DNA from: Tubiluchus corallicola
Taxonomy: Eukaryota; Animalia; Priapulida
Assembly (NCBI GenBank): GCA_030141605.1
Contig: JAQGDQ010000809.1
Span: 29,315-93,314 of the forward strand
Length of the DNA: 64,000 nucleotides
Reading direction: 5' to 3'
A program made the position numbers and the translations under genes. Position 1 is the stretch's first letter, and the number at the start of each line of letters is the position of its first letter. Positions 37,343-51,000 of the stretch are shown one piece after another. The notes under the pieces were generated by a model, which was given only the letters and a program-made list of their open reading frames with translations, was not told where the DNA came from and did not search any database.

Positions 37343-39082
37343 CTAAAACATGCGCAAAAATTGCCATGCTAGCAAAAATTTATTTATACTCCATAACAGT
37401 TGCAGGAATGACACGTTTAAGAAAATTACCAGTGTTGACCAGGTAAGCTACAATAAAGAAGTAGCTGTCTACAGCTATAGCTACTATAAAAACTATGTTG
37501 CTGTTAAAAGAAGCTAAAAACATTATGCAATTCTTGTGATGCTGTTTTGTAGTACAATGAAGGTTTTATAGACAGCTGTCTGTGTGAATAAACATGGTTT
37601 ACAAACAACAAATGCTAAATTTCCTACATGTATAAAAGACTTAAAGCACAAGAAAACCCTCCACTTACGTAAAGCTTAAAAAATTCGTCTTGAAATTTTA
37701 TATCCACTTACATACTACCTTTTCTCATACAGGTCTTGTATCGGCCGTAATGCTGTACAAAACGTGTAAATTTAAACTCCCGCGATGACCGTTAGGTGCA
37801 GCCATTTTAATGGTAGGTTGTTTGAAACAAGTTTTGATAACATTAAGTAAAGTTTGAAAAAATAATCAGAGAATTCGTAGCATACATGTTGCTAATTAAG
37901 TAAAATTTTAAATTACTGTATCTTGTCAATAAGATTAAAAATACGTTTTTGGCTAGTGAGTGGCTCACCCTGAAGGGAGGGCCAGCGATATTTTACCAAT
38001 TGGTACGAATATTTTAAATTATTAGTCTAGTAACATAAGTCTTTCCAGCAGGTAAGTGAAATGCTAAGTAATATAGGTTTGTACGGAAAGTTTTTTGGGT
38101 CATAATTTAGCTTTGCCCTTTTTCCCCTGATTTTCATGGCATAGTGACGTCATGTAATGGCACCGTTGTAACAGTATTGCGGGAGATTTAAAATGAAAAC
38201 TCACGAAAATCCCTTTTAACGTGAATACGATATGTGCATAAAATTCCTGTAAAGTAGTATAATTTTTTAAGGCGATTTTTCTGAAACCTACTTCAGGTGC
38301 CCCTTTTCTTGTCCTATAAGTTTTTCTTGTGATTCATATTTCCTGAATCTCCATTTCATGAGGATCATTTTAATACCAAGCTCATCGCTTTATGTTATTT
38401 ATGTTATTTCTGAGCTGAGATAATCCACATTGAAGGTGAGGTGCAAGCAATATTATATTAAATCCAGTAGATGGCTCTTCCTGATGAAGATCTGGGCTTG
38501 GTAACACAAAAAACCTGAAGCAAAATGACTGCTTCCACGAGGTTCTATCAGAGTTACAAGTTTTTTACAATTACAGTACTAGTTTCTAGCCAGACAATTG
38601 GGTACGGAGTTATAAAATTTAATTTTTTGAACATTTTCTTGATAATTTGATGCTAGAATATAAAAGTCCAACACATTTGGAGTTCGTTTTTATAAAAAAC
38701 TAAAAATTGAAATTTGACCAAATTTTTGTTGTTTTCTACTTCGAAGCATCATAACATAGTTTTAACTATGCTGACTTATGGATGGTTTTGGTTTGCGAGC
38801 ACACATTTAACTACTCAGCATCTTTTCTTGCCAATATTTTGTTTTTTAAAAATTAATTGGCTATGGCTGTTAATTACAATTTGCGCACATGAGCAGTTCA
38901 AAGAAAACGCTGTCTATCAAAAAATTTGTTTTGTTTTAAATCTGCTTTCCTAGCCTTTTCATTAAACGAGAAAAGTAACCAGAAACGAGTCTAAGTCTCA
39001 AGAACAGTTGCTCAAGCTTGCATAGTTTTGTGAATTTTCATTTTCAGTTTCATTTCAACTGCATATTTCAGATATCTTCTCA

Positions 39083-42000
39083 ATGTTGGATGCAAAACTT
39101 TCGCAGTCTTCGCAGCTCGATGAAAAACTGAGCAGATTTGGTTTGCGTGACAGCCCTGGTCGAGAAACATCTAAATATTTGTCTGGGCAGGCTATGCTAC
39201 ATTCTGATGTGCCATCAGTTTTAACGGGTAGCTCCATGCCTGTGAAAGGTGAACTCATTTCTTCAGAAATAAAAGAAAGTCCCCGTCCTGTACCTCGAAG
39301 GTAAGCTTAATTAATGAACTAACATTTAGATTTTTACACGACAGAAATTTATTACATGCCCTCCAGTAAGCCTTTTCACAGTTTTGTTTTGAGCATGCAC
39401 AGTTGCTGTAGGTCAAAGGTTAAGTGTACCACAGCATCACATCTTAATTACAACCATCACATGACATGTGGGTAAAGCAAAGCTGTCTACCACATCAGAT
39501 CAGTAACTTCAGTTGTTTTATGTGGACTTTACTTGTTATGCATTAGTCTGTGCATAGAGTGATTTACTAGCAGTATCTTGCTTGGGAATAAGAAAAAATT
39601 AACTAGGTAAGCTTCTAGCTAGCTATTTAAACTGTTACTATCACAACAGCATGAGCTACGACACGTTGTTAAGTGCACACAATTGTGTTGTCTGGTACAC
39701 TTAACCTTTGACCTTTTCACGATCATCTTCAATCGCTGGAACTGTGAAAAGGCTTATTCGCAAACTAAGTAAATGCTCATAAATGTTGCCAGCCATAAAT
39801 TATTTTCTTTTTAAAGTGCTATGGGCTTTTGAAATTGATTTACTATTTCCAGCAGCCTTTGAGGTACAGCGTAAAACACGTACAAACATTTTAAGTACTG
39901 TATCAATGGAAGTTGCTAGGTAATTGTCTGTTTTGAGTAAAGTCTGTTTCAAGAGCCAGGTTTCGGTGTCTGTCTTCTGATTACTTAATGAATGTGGGCT
40001 TTTCATTTCTAGAAGCATATCCAGCAGTTCAACTCCCACATTAGAAGAGCATGGTAAAAAGGATGACAGCTTGTCACTTAGCAGGTCATCGAGGTTCCTG
40101 AAATCGCGTTTAACAAAACAAAAGTCAGTACAGGACCATGACCTGGAAGGTACTTACTACATATACTATGTTTCGTTAAGTAAAATAAACTCCCCATTTT
40201 CTAGTGCAGTCTATAATGATTGTCTTGAAAACAGAAAATTAATGGCTGCTATTAAATTGGCATTACATAATAATGGTCATAAAAATCATTATAATTGATT
40301 TAATAACAATCTGTTAAATTGCATTTTAAAATAAATAAGTAATTGAAGGTAGCCTATTATCTGAGACTGTATAACCTGCATCATTCGGCATTTCAGAACA
40401 GTGGATTATTCCTTTTATGGCAACGTCTACATTCTAATAAGTCTAGTATTTTTGACTTTTTATTTATTTTATACTGACATATTGTACTTTTGTATGTTTT
40501 TATTTTTTCATACCGTCTAATCTTTTCTTGTCAAATTTGAGTTTAATCAGATCTCTTAATTTAGTTTATAAATTGGTCAGTAGCTTTTCCGAGTGCGGGC
40601 TGCAGCAGCTAATCATTTTACTGTTCAGAGCATGGATCTAAATACATAAGTAACTTTTTGTAAAATTAACGTGAGTAGTATTTTAGCAAACTGTCTATAA
40701 AATAGACTGTGTACATCACAAAACACAGTGGTTACTCTGTAAACAGTCAGCTGAATCTTGAATACTCTCACAATGTTAGCGATGGTTAGTTTAATTTATT
40801 CCAGATAATAATAATAATTAGATGCGAATGAACTGAATTAACTGCTAGGATTTAGTTACATAAATTACTAAGTATAATTATCGTGATACTAAAGTCAAGT
40901 TTTCAATTTTAAAATCTGATGTTCTAAACTGTAGTTTGCATTAGTTAAATTGATGAAGGCTCCTGTAATGAGTGCCGAAACATTTGTAATTGAATAAAAA
41001 ACTGTCTGTTGGCCCATTCACATCTTCTTAGTGCAAAATGTTTGTTCTAGATTCTTATGCAGAACATGTGAAAGGTTGGTAGGAAATGTGTTACCTTATA
41101 AAGTCCGCCAATTCCCTATTGCACACATTGAAAAAATACAAAAATCTGAAAAGGATATAATAATTTTCAAACAGGTGTTGATGGCAGAGCAAATGGTTTT
41201 ACAGAAAACTCCCCTTTTCAAGACATTGATCTCTTACTGCAGCCTAAAAGTGAATCTGTGAAACATAAGCTGTTTGGTACGCAGCCAATGCCAACACCAA
41301 GAACAGCAATGTCCAAAGAGCTTGATCTTCATTCGTAAGTCATTTACTAATATTTTGTAACTACGTGGTGGCTTGGGAAAGTTGCTTGGGAAAGGCTTCA
41401 TTAGGCCAAAAGCAATTGATTTTCTTAAAACAATGTCTGCACAGTGTTGCCAGTAATAATGTCAAATTTGTATCCTGTATATTTAAATATTCTCCGTACA
41501 TTATACTGATATCATATACATTTACAGGCTTAATTTTTTTTACGCAAAGCCCTACAAAATAGTTACTGTAGTGCTCTGAAATTTTGAACATGTGAAGCTA
41601 TTCTGATGAGAAAAAAGTGTCATCATTACAAAAGTTATTTGCCAATTTTAAAATTTGTATGCTTTGTTATTAAGCATTCCAGCTGATTCAGCTGGCCTTA
41701 CATTTAGTTAACAACTTGTACTTTTGAAACAGTTTGGCCCTGGTCACCTTAAGCTAATCTCAAACACTCAGTAATGGTTGATGGTTATGATGGACCCTAG
41801 TTTGTACTAAGCTTAATCTTCCAAGCTGCAGCAGTGAATAGTTAGTACTATCTTACTCTTGTTCATTCGTATGTGTATCTTCCCAAAAACATTAGCTGCA
41901 TTAGAACTGTGATAGTGGATTCTTGCTGACTGCTGGCATTTAGTGAGATTATTCGTTATTGTAGGTCCATCACAGAAAAACTACATCGACTTTCATTAGA

Positions 42001-45000
42001 GAAAGATTTGGAACAAGTTGAGAGGCATGTATCGACTGAGAATGATCGTAATAATGCTGAGTATGCACTATAAATTAATATGTTTTCTGATTTGTCACTA
42101 GCTGAGTTGTACCTCATAAATTTTGTACGAGGATTAGTGACTCTTGCTGCTTGTTTAAGAAGCAACAGTTAGCAGTTGATTTGTAGGGCTTCCGATTTTC
42201 CGTTTCAAAATTGACCAAATTCCGTTTGAAAGAATTGTCAATTCCGCTTCACAGAAATTTGAGGTTAGGATGCCCTTATAGTTAATATTTGTCGTCAAAT
42301 TATGTTATATGTGGTTGATTGTAAATAAAAAAATTAATATGAATTAAGCATATAGTCTATCAGATATTTTTATGGCTTTACATGTACATAAGAACACCAA
42401 CATTTAGTTTGCACTTTTTAAACATTTATTTTGCACGAAACCTGTCTTTTACATTGCCATTATAGTATAACATAATTAACTGCTTGGTGTTTTCATTTGT
42501 CAAAGACTCCTTCCTGTCATTGAGCAAATGCTTATAATTTGAGAAGGAACGTTCAACATCTACACTTGAGACAGGTGGCCATATGTATTTTTTAGCAATT
42601 TTTGCTAAATTGGGATACCGAGGTTCAATTGTGCTCCAAAAAGCAGCAATACTAAAGTGGGAAACCTTTTCACGCAAGTGTTTGCTTTCTATTCGCTAGA
42701 AGCTCAAGCTAAAGATTTCCGTATTTCTCGTGGCAAATGCAAAAACAAATGGAGAAGAGACTTAGTGGTTGTGCAAGTTGCATTAAAAGTAAATGCTGGG
42801 GGAAAGCTTCTAGCAAGACCTTCCAAAACCTGACAAAACTGAATTTGCGGGAAAGTAAAAAGTAAAGTAATTTTGTCTCTGGTACGCATTAAATTTACAA
42901 CAAATCTGAATCAGGCCAATTCCGTTTTAAGTAGCTATTTCCATTTTAGTCGCCCATTCGTCCATTTTCCGTGATCGTGGAAAATCGTAGGCCCTAGATT
43001 TGTTTATGCAATTGATGCTTAGAAATTCCGAAAGAAGTCGGGTTTTGATCTATAAACTTAATGCTACTTGCCTCTGGAACTGTTATCTGTTTTGTGGGAG
43101 TAGTTACCACTGACTGACTGTGTGGTGCTTAGGATGAAAATTTAGACCTCTAAAAGTTGAGCCAGGATAACTGTGTTGGTGGAATGAGCGAGAGATCTTG
43201 AGTTCAATTCTTTTTTACAAGTTTCCATAATTTTCTTTCTCTGACAGTTTTCCTGTTAGACTAAACACTGTCCATCAAATAATGTTTGCAACTGATGCTT
43301 GTTTGAAAATGAAGTTATTGCCGTCGCTCTTGTAGTTCAAATCTTTTAACTATAGTAGCACTTCACTCATTTTTGTTGTTGAAAATCTCGGATTTTCAAT
43401 TAGATAGTTACAAACTTTGTCTTGCTAAATGAAAATAAATTTGAGATTTGTTTTTATTTATATTCAGTAAACACGTGGATTTTAATTTTTTACGTTTTTT
43501 TTATTACAGCAAAGTGCAAACACCAAGGAGTGCTCGTAGGTTAAAGAAATTATTGAGTCATCGTGGGACTTTTGATAAAGATGATGAGATTTTAATATCG
43601 GAAACTACGAAAACGACTCCCCCGAAGAAAGAACGTTCTTATCAAAGAGTTGCACTTGATAATAATTACCATGACAAAGTAGAAAGCAGTAAACCTGATC
43701 ATCTGATCTCTTTTGACCTTAAAAGCTCAGAAGATATTAGTCAAGTATTGCGGCCACCAAAGAACAACAAAACGTCTGCAAAGACATTTTTTTCATCAAA
43801 CATCAAATCAGCTGAAGGTAATACTAGTGTTACAATTTTAAATAAAATGTTGTTCAGCAAGGTTTTAAGTAACTACACAGCTATAGTATGATGATAAAAG
43901 TTTGCCTTTTATGTTACACTTGTATATATTGCTGTTTTCTGTCCTAAATTTCTAGTTACTAATGAATGACAATGCATGTTGTGATAGCTACCAACATGAA
44001 TGAGTTCTTTGTATTGATGTATAACTATTAGTTAGGTGCTGACAAATTTACAAACAAACAAAATTTACTGCAAACCAAAATTACCACCAAAATGCTATAA
44101 AAAATTATAAGAATTTTTCTGCCTTGACTTTTGTTACCATACGTAAACCCAATCGCTTCGTATAAGGGCAGTGATGCAGTTTAAATTGTACTATAACTAC
44201 TAGCGATTTAATAATTGTTCTTTATTTACATGAATTATAACAGCAATAATAGTTATTTTTGTTACCAAGTTATGATAGGTTCTCTGTATTGTGATTTAAT
44301 TTTTGATATTATTTGCAGATTTCTTTTGTTAAGCATAAAATACGATGGGAATTTAACATTGTGTACTGGTCCCCTATTTCTGCATTCTTTGCTTTCTTTG
44401 CTGTACAAGAAATTTTGCATGGAAATGTAGTTTTGTATATAAAAAAACTGCACCGATAAAATGCAAAAATATATATGCACATTTTAAGTCATCCTTTTCT
44501 CCTCTTAAACTGTTGAAATAATTAATTGAGAATTTAATTAACTGCTCAGCTGTTATAGTGTCATACTGATTATGATATAACTCATTAGACTTTCATTTTA
44601 AACTCATACAGCTAATAACTGATTACAATAGAATAATTGTCAAGAAAATGTAGTAGAAAATTATAAGATATTGTCCATTTCCTTTTTCTGTAACACTGCT
44701 ACGTGGTATGTCAGTAAACTTTATTTTTTACTGTTTTTAGAAGAATCCAACTTGCTTCTGAGAGATTCATCTCCAAAGAGAGAAGACACGCCCGCAAGAT
44801 TAAGAGACGCGAGTGAGAGTGAGACGGAGGATTCGGAATCTTACCCCTCTTCTGTTATTCTGGCTTACCCTCACAGCGGTGCAGGAGAACCAGTGGCTTC
44901 ATCAGGTTTACAAAATGGTAATGTTCTTTATGCAAAAACAAGATTGGATGACCAACATGTTACTTTATTTAGCAGTAAAAAAGGCCTCAAATATAGTGAA

Positions 45001-48000
45001 AGTATATAGTCAACAACGTGATGTCTGTGTGTTTACTTATTGTGCTAAACTATTACTTTGTTTATAAATGATATGATTTTGTTTGCTGTCCATTTGAACT
45101 TGAATGGAAAAAGACCACACGGGATTTAATCTTTGCTTTGCTGTATAATGCTTACAAAACTCATTAAAAATTAACAGCAAAAACGTCTTCAACATGGAAT
45201 TGCTCTCTGATTAATTTTGCTCTACTTTCATATTAACATTCCACAATGCCATTGATTTTCAGCGTCACGGTTTTTAACACCAGAAGAAACACCAACTAAT
45301 ATCAATGAAGCTCTCAGTATTCAGCCTCCCATACCACGTACAAGGGTTTGTTAACACAATTTACTTTGATTTTTATTATTATTATTATTATTGGTATTGT
45401 TATGTTCCAGCTTCTCATTACTGTACAGAAAAGTTTGTTTTACTTGCATGGTGTTTGAGATTCTGCAAGTTGAGATGCATTAGTGACTCATTACCCACTG
45501 ACAAGCCTACTTAATGTTGGTACTTGTGATAGGTCCAAAACCTGCTAATTATCAAAGATAATCATCTATAGTGAATCACTGAATTGGTGAAGTATCTTTG
45601 TCATATTTGGATGTGTTTATATCCTCCTACATTTATTATGTAGATAAGTGGTAGGGTACAGCACCGTAGATGACACCTGTAAAAGCAGTCTCACAGGTTG
45701 TCACCTATCCACTTACTGGACAGGTATTACTGAACTTCTGATGTGAAGCCTTCATTTATTACCACTCATCTTTTCCTCTTATCTCCTTGCTCAAGTGAAA
45801 GTGCTTTATTATAAATTTGACAGCATTGCAGTTGATCAATGAGTAAGCCAATGAGTGAGGAGTCAGTCTGCCAGTCATTCCATCAGAGTGCCTTGTGATG
45901 GAAAAACCTTTGAAGTTGCAGATTTCATTTTTTCTTTTTTCAAAGTCATGATCTTTGCAGCTCTTATAGTGGACAGTTATCATGCTGCAAGTAGTCTATG
46001 TGTGTTCACAATTTACTCCAAAATACCGTGGAGTTAGTGCAACGTAGAGTTTCGGTAAATCAAGTTGTCTTGCTTCATTATTTGTTGTATTGCTTCTAAT
46101 GACATGAAATCAAAACTCAATTTATTATTTTCTTTCACCTGGTTGATTTTACATTTATTTAATGTGTTTGACAGAGCAAATCTGTAGAACCAAAGGCAGC
46201 TAAACGATCTAGTCAGTTGCTTCAAGCAAAGTCAAAGAGCAAAGAAGATTTGTCAGAACGAATGAAGAATTCAACTCAAGAAAAGTAAGTTGCATTCACA
46301 TTAATGATGATTTGCATGTGTGTGATTTACTGTTAATAAAATGTCAGGCCAGCATCCCTAGAGTCACTTTACTAATTTTTGGTTAAGGATAGAAATCAAT
46401 CACTGCCCGCATTGATTTCCTGGATTTTTGTACTTGTAAAAATCATTGAATAAACTCACATAGCTATTGGACTTGGAAGCAAACATTTGAAAGAAAGGAA
46501 ACATTTTAGGAAAAATTGGGATTGAGCCTGCATTTAAACAAGAATGTTTAATGTTTTTTAATTAGGTTAATACTTTCACTAATCCGGTTGAGTAAAATAG
46601 TGTTGTGACGGTGGATGTGTAACACGGATGGTCCAAGCTCACGTTTTCTTTGTTTTTCATTTTCTTAATTTTTACATGCTATTTTTCAGTTGTGTTTGGT
46701 TCCAAAATTCAATAACTTTGGTTTTATTACATAATTATTTACTTTTAACTTAAATACAGTTAACCTCGGATATAAGACAATAGAGGCAAAAACCTTCCAA
46801 ATTTTGTTAATTTTGGAAACTTCCCGGAAAGCGATTTAGTTCCCCGGCAAATGACCATTGCAGATGACGTTAATCAAGTTTAATGATGGAAAACGTATTT
46901 GGTCCATCGAGTCCTTATGTGCAAGGAAATTTACTTGATTTCTATTGCATGGGACCTAAAAATGTCATCCCTTATAAGCGGAAATCCCTTATGTCCGAGT
47001 ACCTTATATACACAAATTTTTCGAAGGAGAAACGTTGCAAAAATTGGGATGGGCTTTGGTGTTCCCTTTTAAGCGATTGTCCCTTATAAGTGAGTATCTT
47101 ATGACCAAGGTTAACTATGATTATTTTTGTTTTCGCATACCTCTTCTTCAAATCCTGGATTTTTACAAATTTTGGAGCTTTAATTCAGAAAAGTTGGCTA
47201 TTTGGAGTCGACTGTGTGCAACATCACATTACTGACTTCAGTTAAAGAACATTTATGTAGAACTAACTGCGTTTGGAAGACCAGAGTTAGTGTGATGCGG
47301 CATTTTTCGCTACGATCTTTGTTTTTACGAATTGGAATGTCTTTGTTCAGGTTTCGCAATCAGTTGACGTAAAATTTATTTCGGATTTGATTATTGAAAA
47401 TTATTTTGACTTATAAGAGGCACTTTGCATGCAGACTTATACTGAATTAAGACTGTTGAATAAAAATGCATTATCATTTGTACTTTTGCTAACCTATGCC
47501 AAGTTTCTGCTGCATACTGGAATCCTGTACACTGTACAGCATGAACAGTTTGCAGCATTACTCTGCAGCTGTGATTAAGCTTTGTACATGTATCAGTGTT
47601 CAACTTATTAATAATTATTATTATTCTCCAGTGCACTTTAGTAACCAAATAGTAGGTTTTGCTAATGTTTGTGTATTTTTTATTATCAAATCATCCAACG
47701 CTTTTGTAACATCTATAATCGCAGTTGGATGAAAATTTTTTCGATTTCAAATTCATCTAAAAATCCTCAATTATTATTTTTACAGATGAGTTTGATTATG
47801 ACCTCAAACTCTGTGTATGATTAAGTAAATGACTCTCTTCAATGCTGGTCATGAACTTATAATGTTACAGACCTAGACGTTCGAAATCCGCCACTCCAGT
47901 TATGCGAGCACAGTCTAGAATAGGATCATTTCCGTTGACTCCGTCTACCAACAGATCTCGGTCTCCTACATTTTCAAGTTCGAAAGAAATATGTCAGGCC

Positions 48001-51000
48001 GTCTGGGAAGACTGGTATCTGAAAAGAATGGCTGAGATAAACAGGAAGAGGAGAGAGTCAATTAGCAAGGAAAAAGAGAAGCTTGAAAAGGAGGAAGAAG
48101 TAAGTTTTCTAATTTCTTTAGATTACTTTGAATTTCCTTTTATTTTTCCTTGCACAACTTGCATTTTTACTTCCTAAAAGACATCATCTAAAGACAGCGT
48201 CTGAGCTCAGTAATATAGACTTTAAAGTTCTTGTTTCATTCAGTGTATAAGTTACAGCAGCACATACATATCTGGTTTGCCCAAGACACTGCAAACAATA
48301 AGCAGTTGTTTTCCAATGTACCATTATAATGATTATGCTGACGACGATGATGATGATGATGCCGTGACAATGACCTTAATGGTAATGATGGTTGTGATAA
48401 TAATGATGAGAGGTCATATGATAAGCTCTCATAATCGGGGCATATTAACTTTACGATGCCCTGGACTGATAGTTGTGTCCTGCCCATCTCTATCATGAAT
48501 TTATGATTGCTTATATAATGAGTAGATTAAACAATTACTTGTAGTGTATTAGAAACACAATTAACCTAGTTTCTACGTGGTCATTATTAAATACATGTAT
48601 TAATATAAAAGCTGAACTGAGTAACTGCCTTTGGTGTGTTATAATATGAATTCGAATAAAAAAATAAGAGTGCCAGAGTTTCAAAATTCAAGTTTTTTTA
48701 AAAAATATTACTGAATTTGAAAAAATGAATAGGCCTAGGTATTGTGTCTAGTAATGGCTTGTCATAAAAAGCTTGTAACTGAAAATGTTGGAAGCGACAA
48801 CTGCTGTTACACAAAAAACTTATTGACTCATATAGGTTCCACTTGGTTCTCATACGTATTCTTCTTGGGATCCTAATAGAAATTTCACTGTTAGTGCCTC
48901 AAACATACCCTGGCTCGATAAGTGGAATCAGATTATTGATACACGTGACAATTTCAAGATACTTTTGGTGATGTCATGTACTAGAGATGGGTTTTCAAAC
49001 TTTGTTGTACATTCACATTTCGTACTCCGCTAATATGCAAAAATGCAAACTTGCTATACATTTTTTGTGCAGAAAAAGAAAGACAAAAAGCAAGATGCAG
49101 AATTGGCATTTAGAGCGTGGAAAGAGAAGAAGCAGGCATGGCTACAATCAAAAAAATCCGAGCAGAAAAAACTAGAGAAAAGTAAGGAAATGAAAGAAAA
49201 AGAGAAGATGGAGAAAAGGGAAATTTCCAAAAAGGTGAGTTATTTAAAAGCTTCTTTATATGGCATGATTCCACAATATCCTTGTGCATTAGTGTATATC
49301 ATGTTTAGATAATTAGTAACAGGTACATGTGTGTCAGAAGTTATTTGGTTAGTGTTGTATCAGTTATCATTCTGTCCAGTTTCAGTCAGAAAACTCTGAG
49401 CATATAACAATGTCCCACCAGTGCACTGGTCAAACTGTAATATATCATGAAAATGTTATGCCATACAGTGCAGCAATAGTTTATCTATCTATAAAAGTAC
49501 ATTTAAAGTTTTTGACATTTATATAAATATGGGAGGCCTAATGCTATTGCATGTTAAAGGCAAGGCACTCCCTTCTGAGTTAAACTCTATTATGGTATCT
49601 TCACTTTTTTCTCAAATTCATGTTCACGTTCAAATTCGTGACATTTAAAAAGCATTTGATTCATACAATAATCTCGAAAATTGCACATATTGGAAATTAA
49701 AAAACCTCACGGCACATTTTGGGGTGAGAATAATGTCGCAGCATGTTGCAGTATGTGCTTATTGTTGAATAATTTGTAATGGTACATTCAGACTAACGGG
49801 TTTCTCACCAAGGAACTCGCACGCATGTTGAGACAAAAACTTGTGAGTTACTCTCCGACAGTAAGCACGCACTGACACTCCCTTCTTTATTTACTATGAG
49901 AAGTGTCAAGGGTAACTCGCTGAAGCATTCACACTAGGCAGTAAATCAATTCATAGTAACTATTGGAGTTTGCAATAATTTGCCGACAGTAACTCGCACA
50001 AGCAGTTCACATCGGCAAGTTTACTGTCAAAGGGAAAACTTGCGACAGAAAACTCTATAGTCTGAACGATTGTAAGTTATGTAGTTAAGCACATCGAGCA
50101 AACACTATAAAAAAATTGCATGAATGTAAGTTTAAGTTACAGTAGTTAAAAACTCAAGTGAGGATTCATTGGAATCAATAATAAAATGCAGTAATAGTAT
50201 CTCATAACGTGTGTTTTAAAGCATTAGTCCAGTGGCAATACTGCAAATCCAGTGGATATTGGTTGCCAGTTCTTAATGTGTAGAATGTCACAGTTTTGCA
50301 CAACTTTGCTGAGTGAAAAAGAAAATCAAGTAATATGATAAAATACTGACGTTTTTTTAGATATCCGACCTTGAAAATACCTTGGCCATCATAGAATATA
50401 GACTAATACTAATCAGATGTGTCTTGAGACTTCTATTCAATGTAATAAGTTGATTCTAAAGTCTCAAAATCCATATATTTTATGTATAATATCTCATTTT
50501 AGGCATTTTACTTGAAATGACCTTAAATATCAGTTGAAAAAATGCCACCCTATTTTTTTAGAAACTCCAGACCCATAAGGCCTCAAAATCACAGTAACAA
50601 AAATTAACATTCTTGACAATTGACCCTGGACTAAGTTTTAAAAGAAGTAATATTACTTGCATTTGTATACTGTTGCATGCTTAATCCACAATAAATCCAA
50701 GATGGCATTAGATTGTGATTCTCAAGTTTAATGTAGTTTAATATAACAAGCTTAACATTTATGTACAATTTAGTTGAATAAAACCACGGCCTTCATAGTG
50801 CGGTTTTATCTATAACTTTTTTGATAAGAATATGGCATAAAGGCTTTGCCATAAGTAATGTTTTATTACATTTGCCCAATTTCCTATAGGCTTCTTTTAT
50901 AACGTGATAAACTGAATGTAGCTTCTATTGTTTGTTAGGTTTTTGAAAAGTGGAAGGAAGGGAAAGATGCATGTCTGAAAGAAGAAAAGGCCAAGGCAAA

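Noticed and set aside
38471-38500. ATG mini-exon (MALPDEDLGL) as first coding exon of the MAP9-like gene
   Set aside because: It ends in phase 0 while the next acceptors (39048, 39072) need phase 1; start left unresolved.
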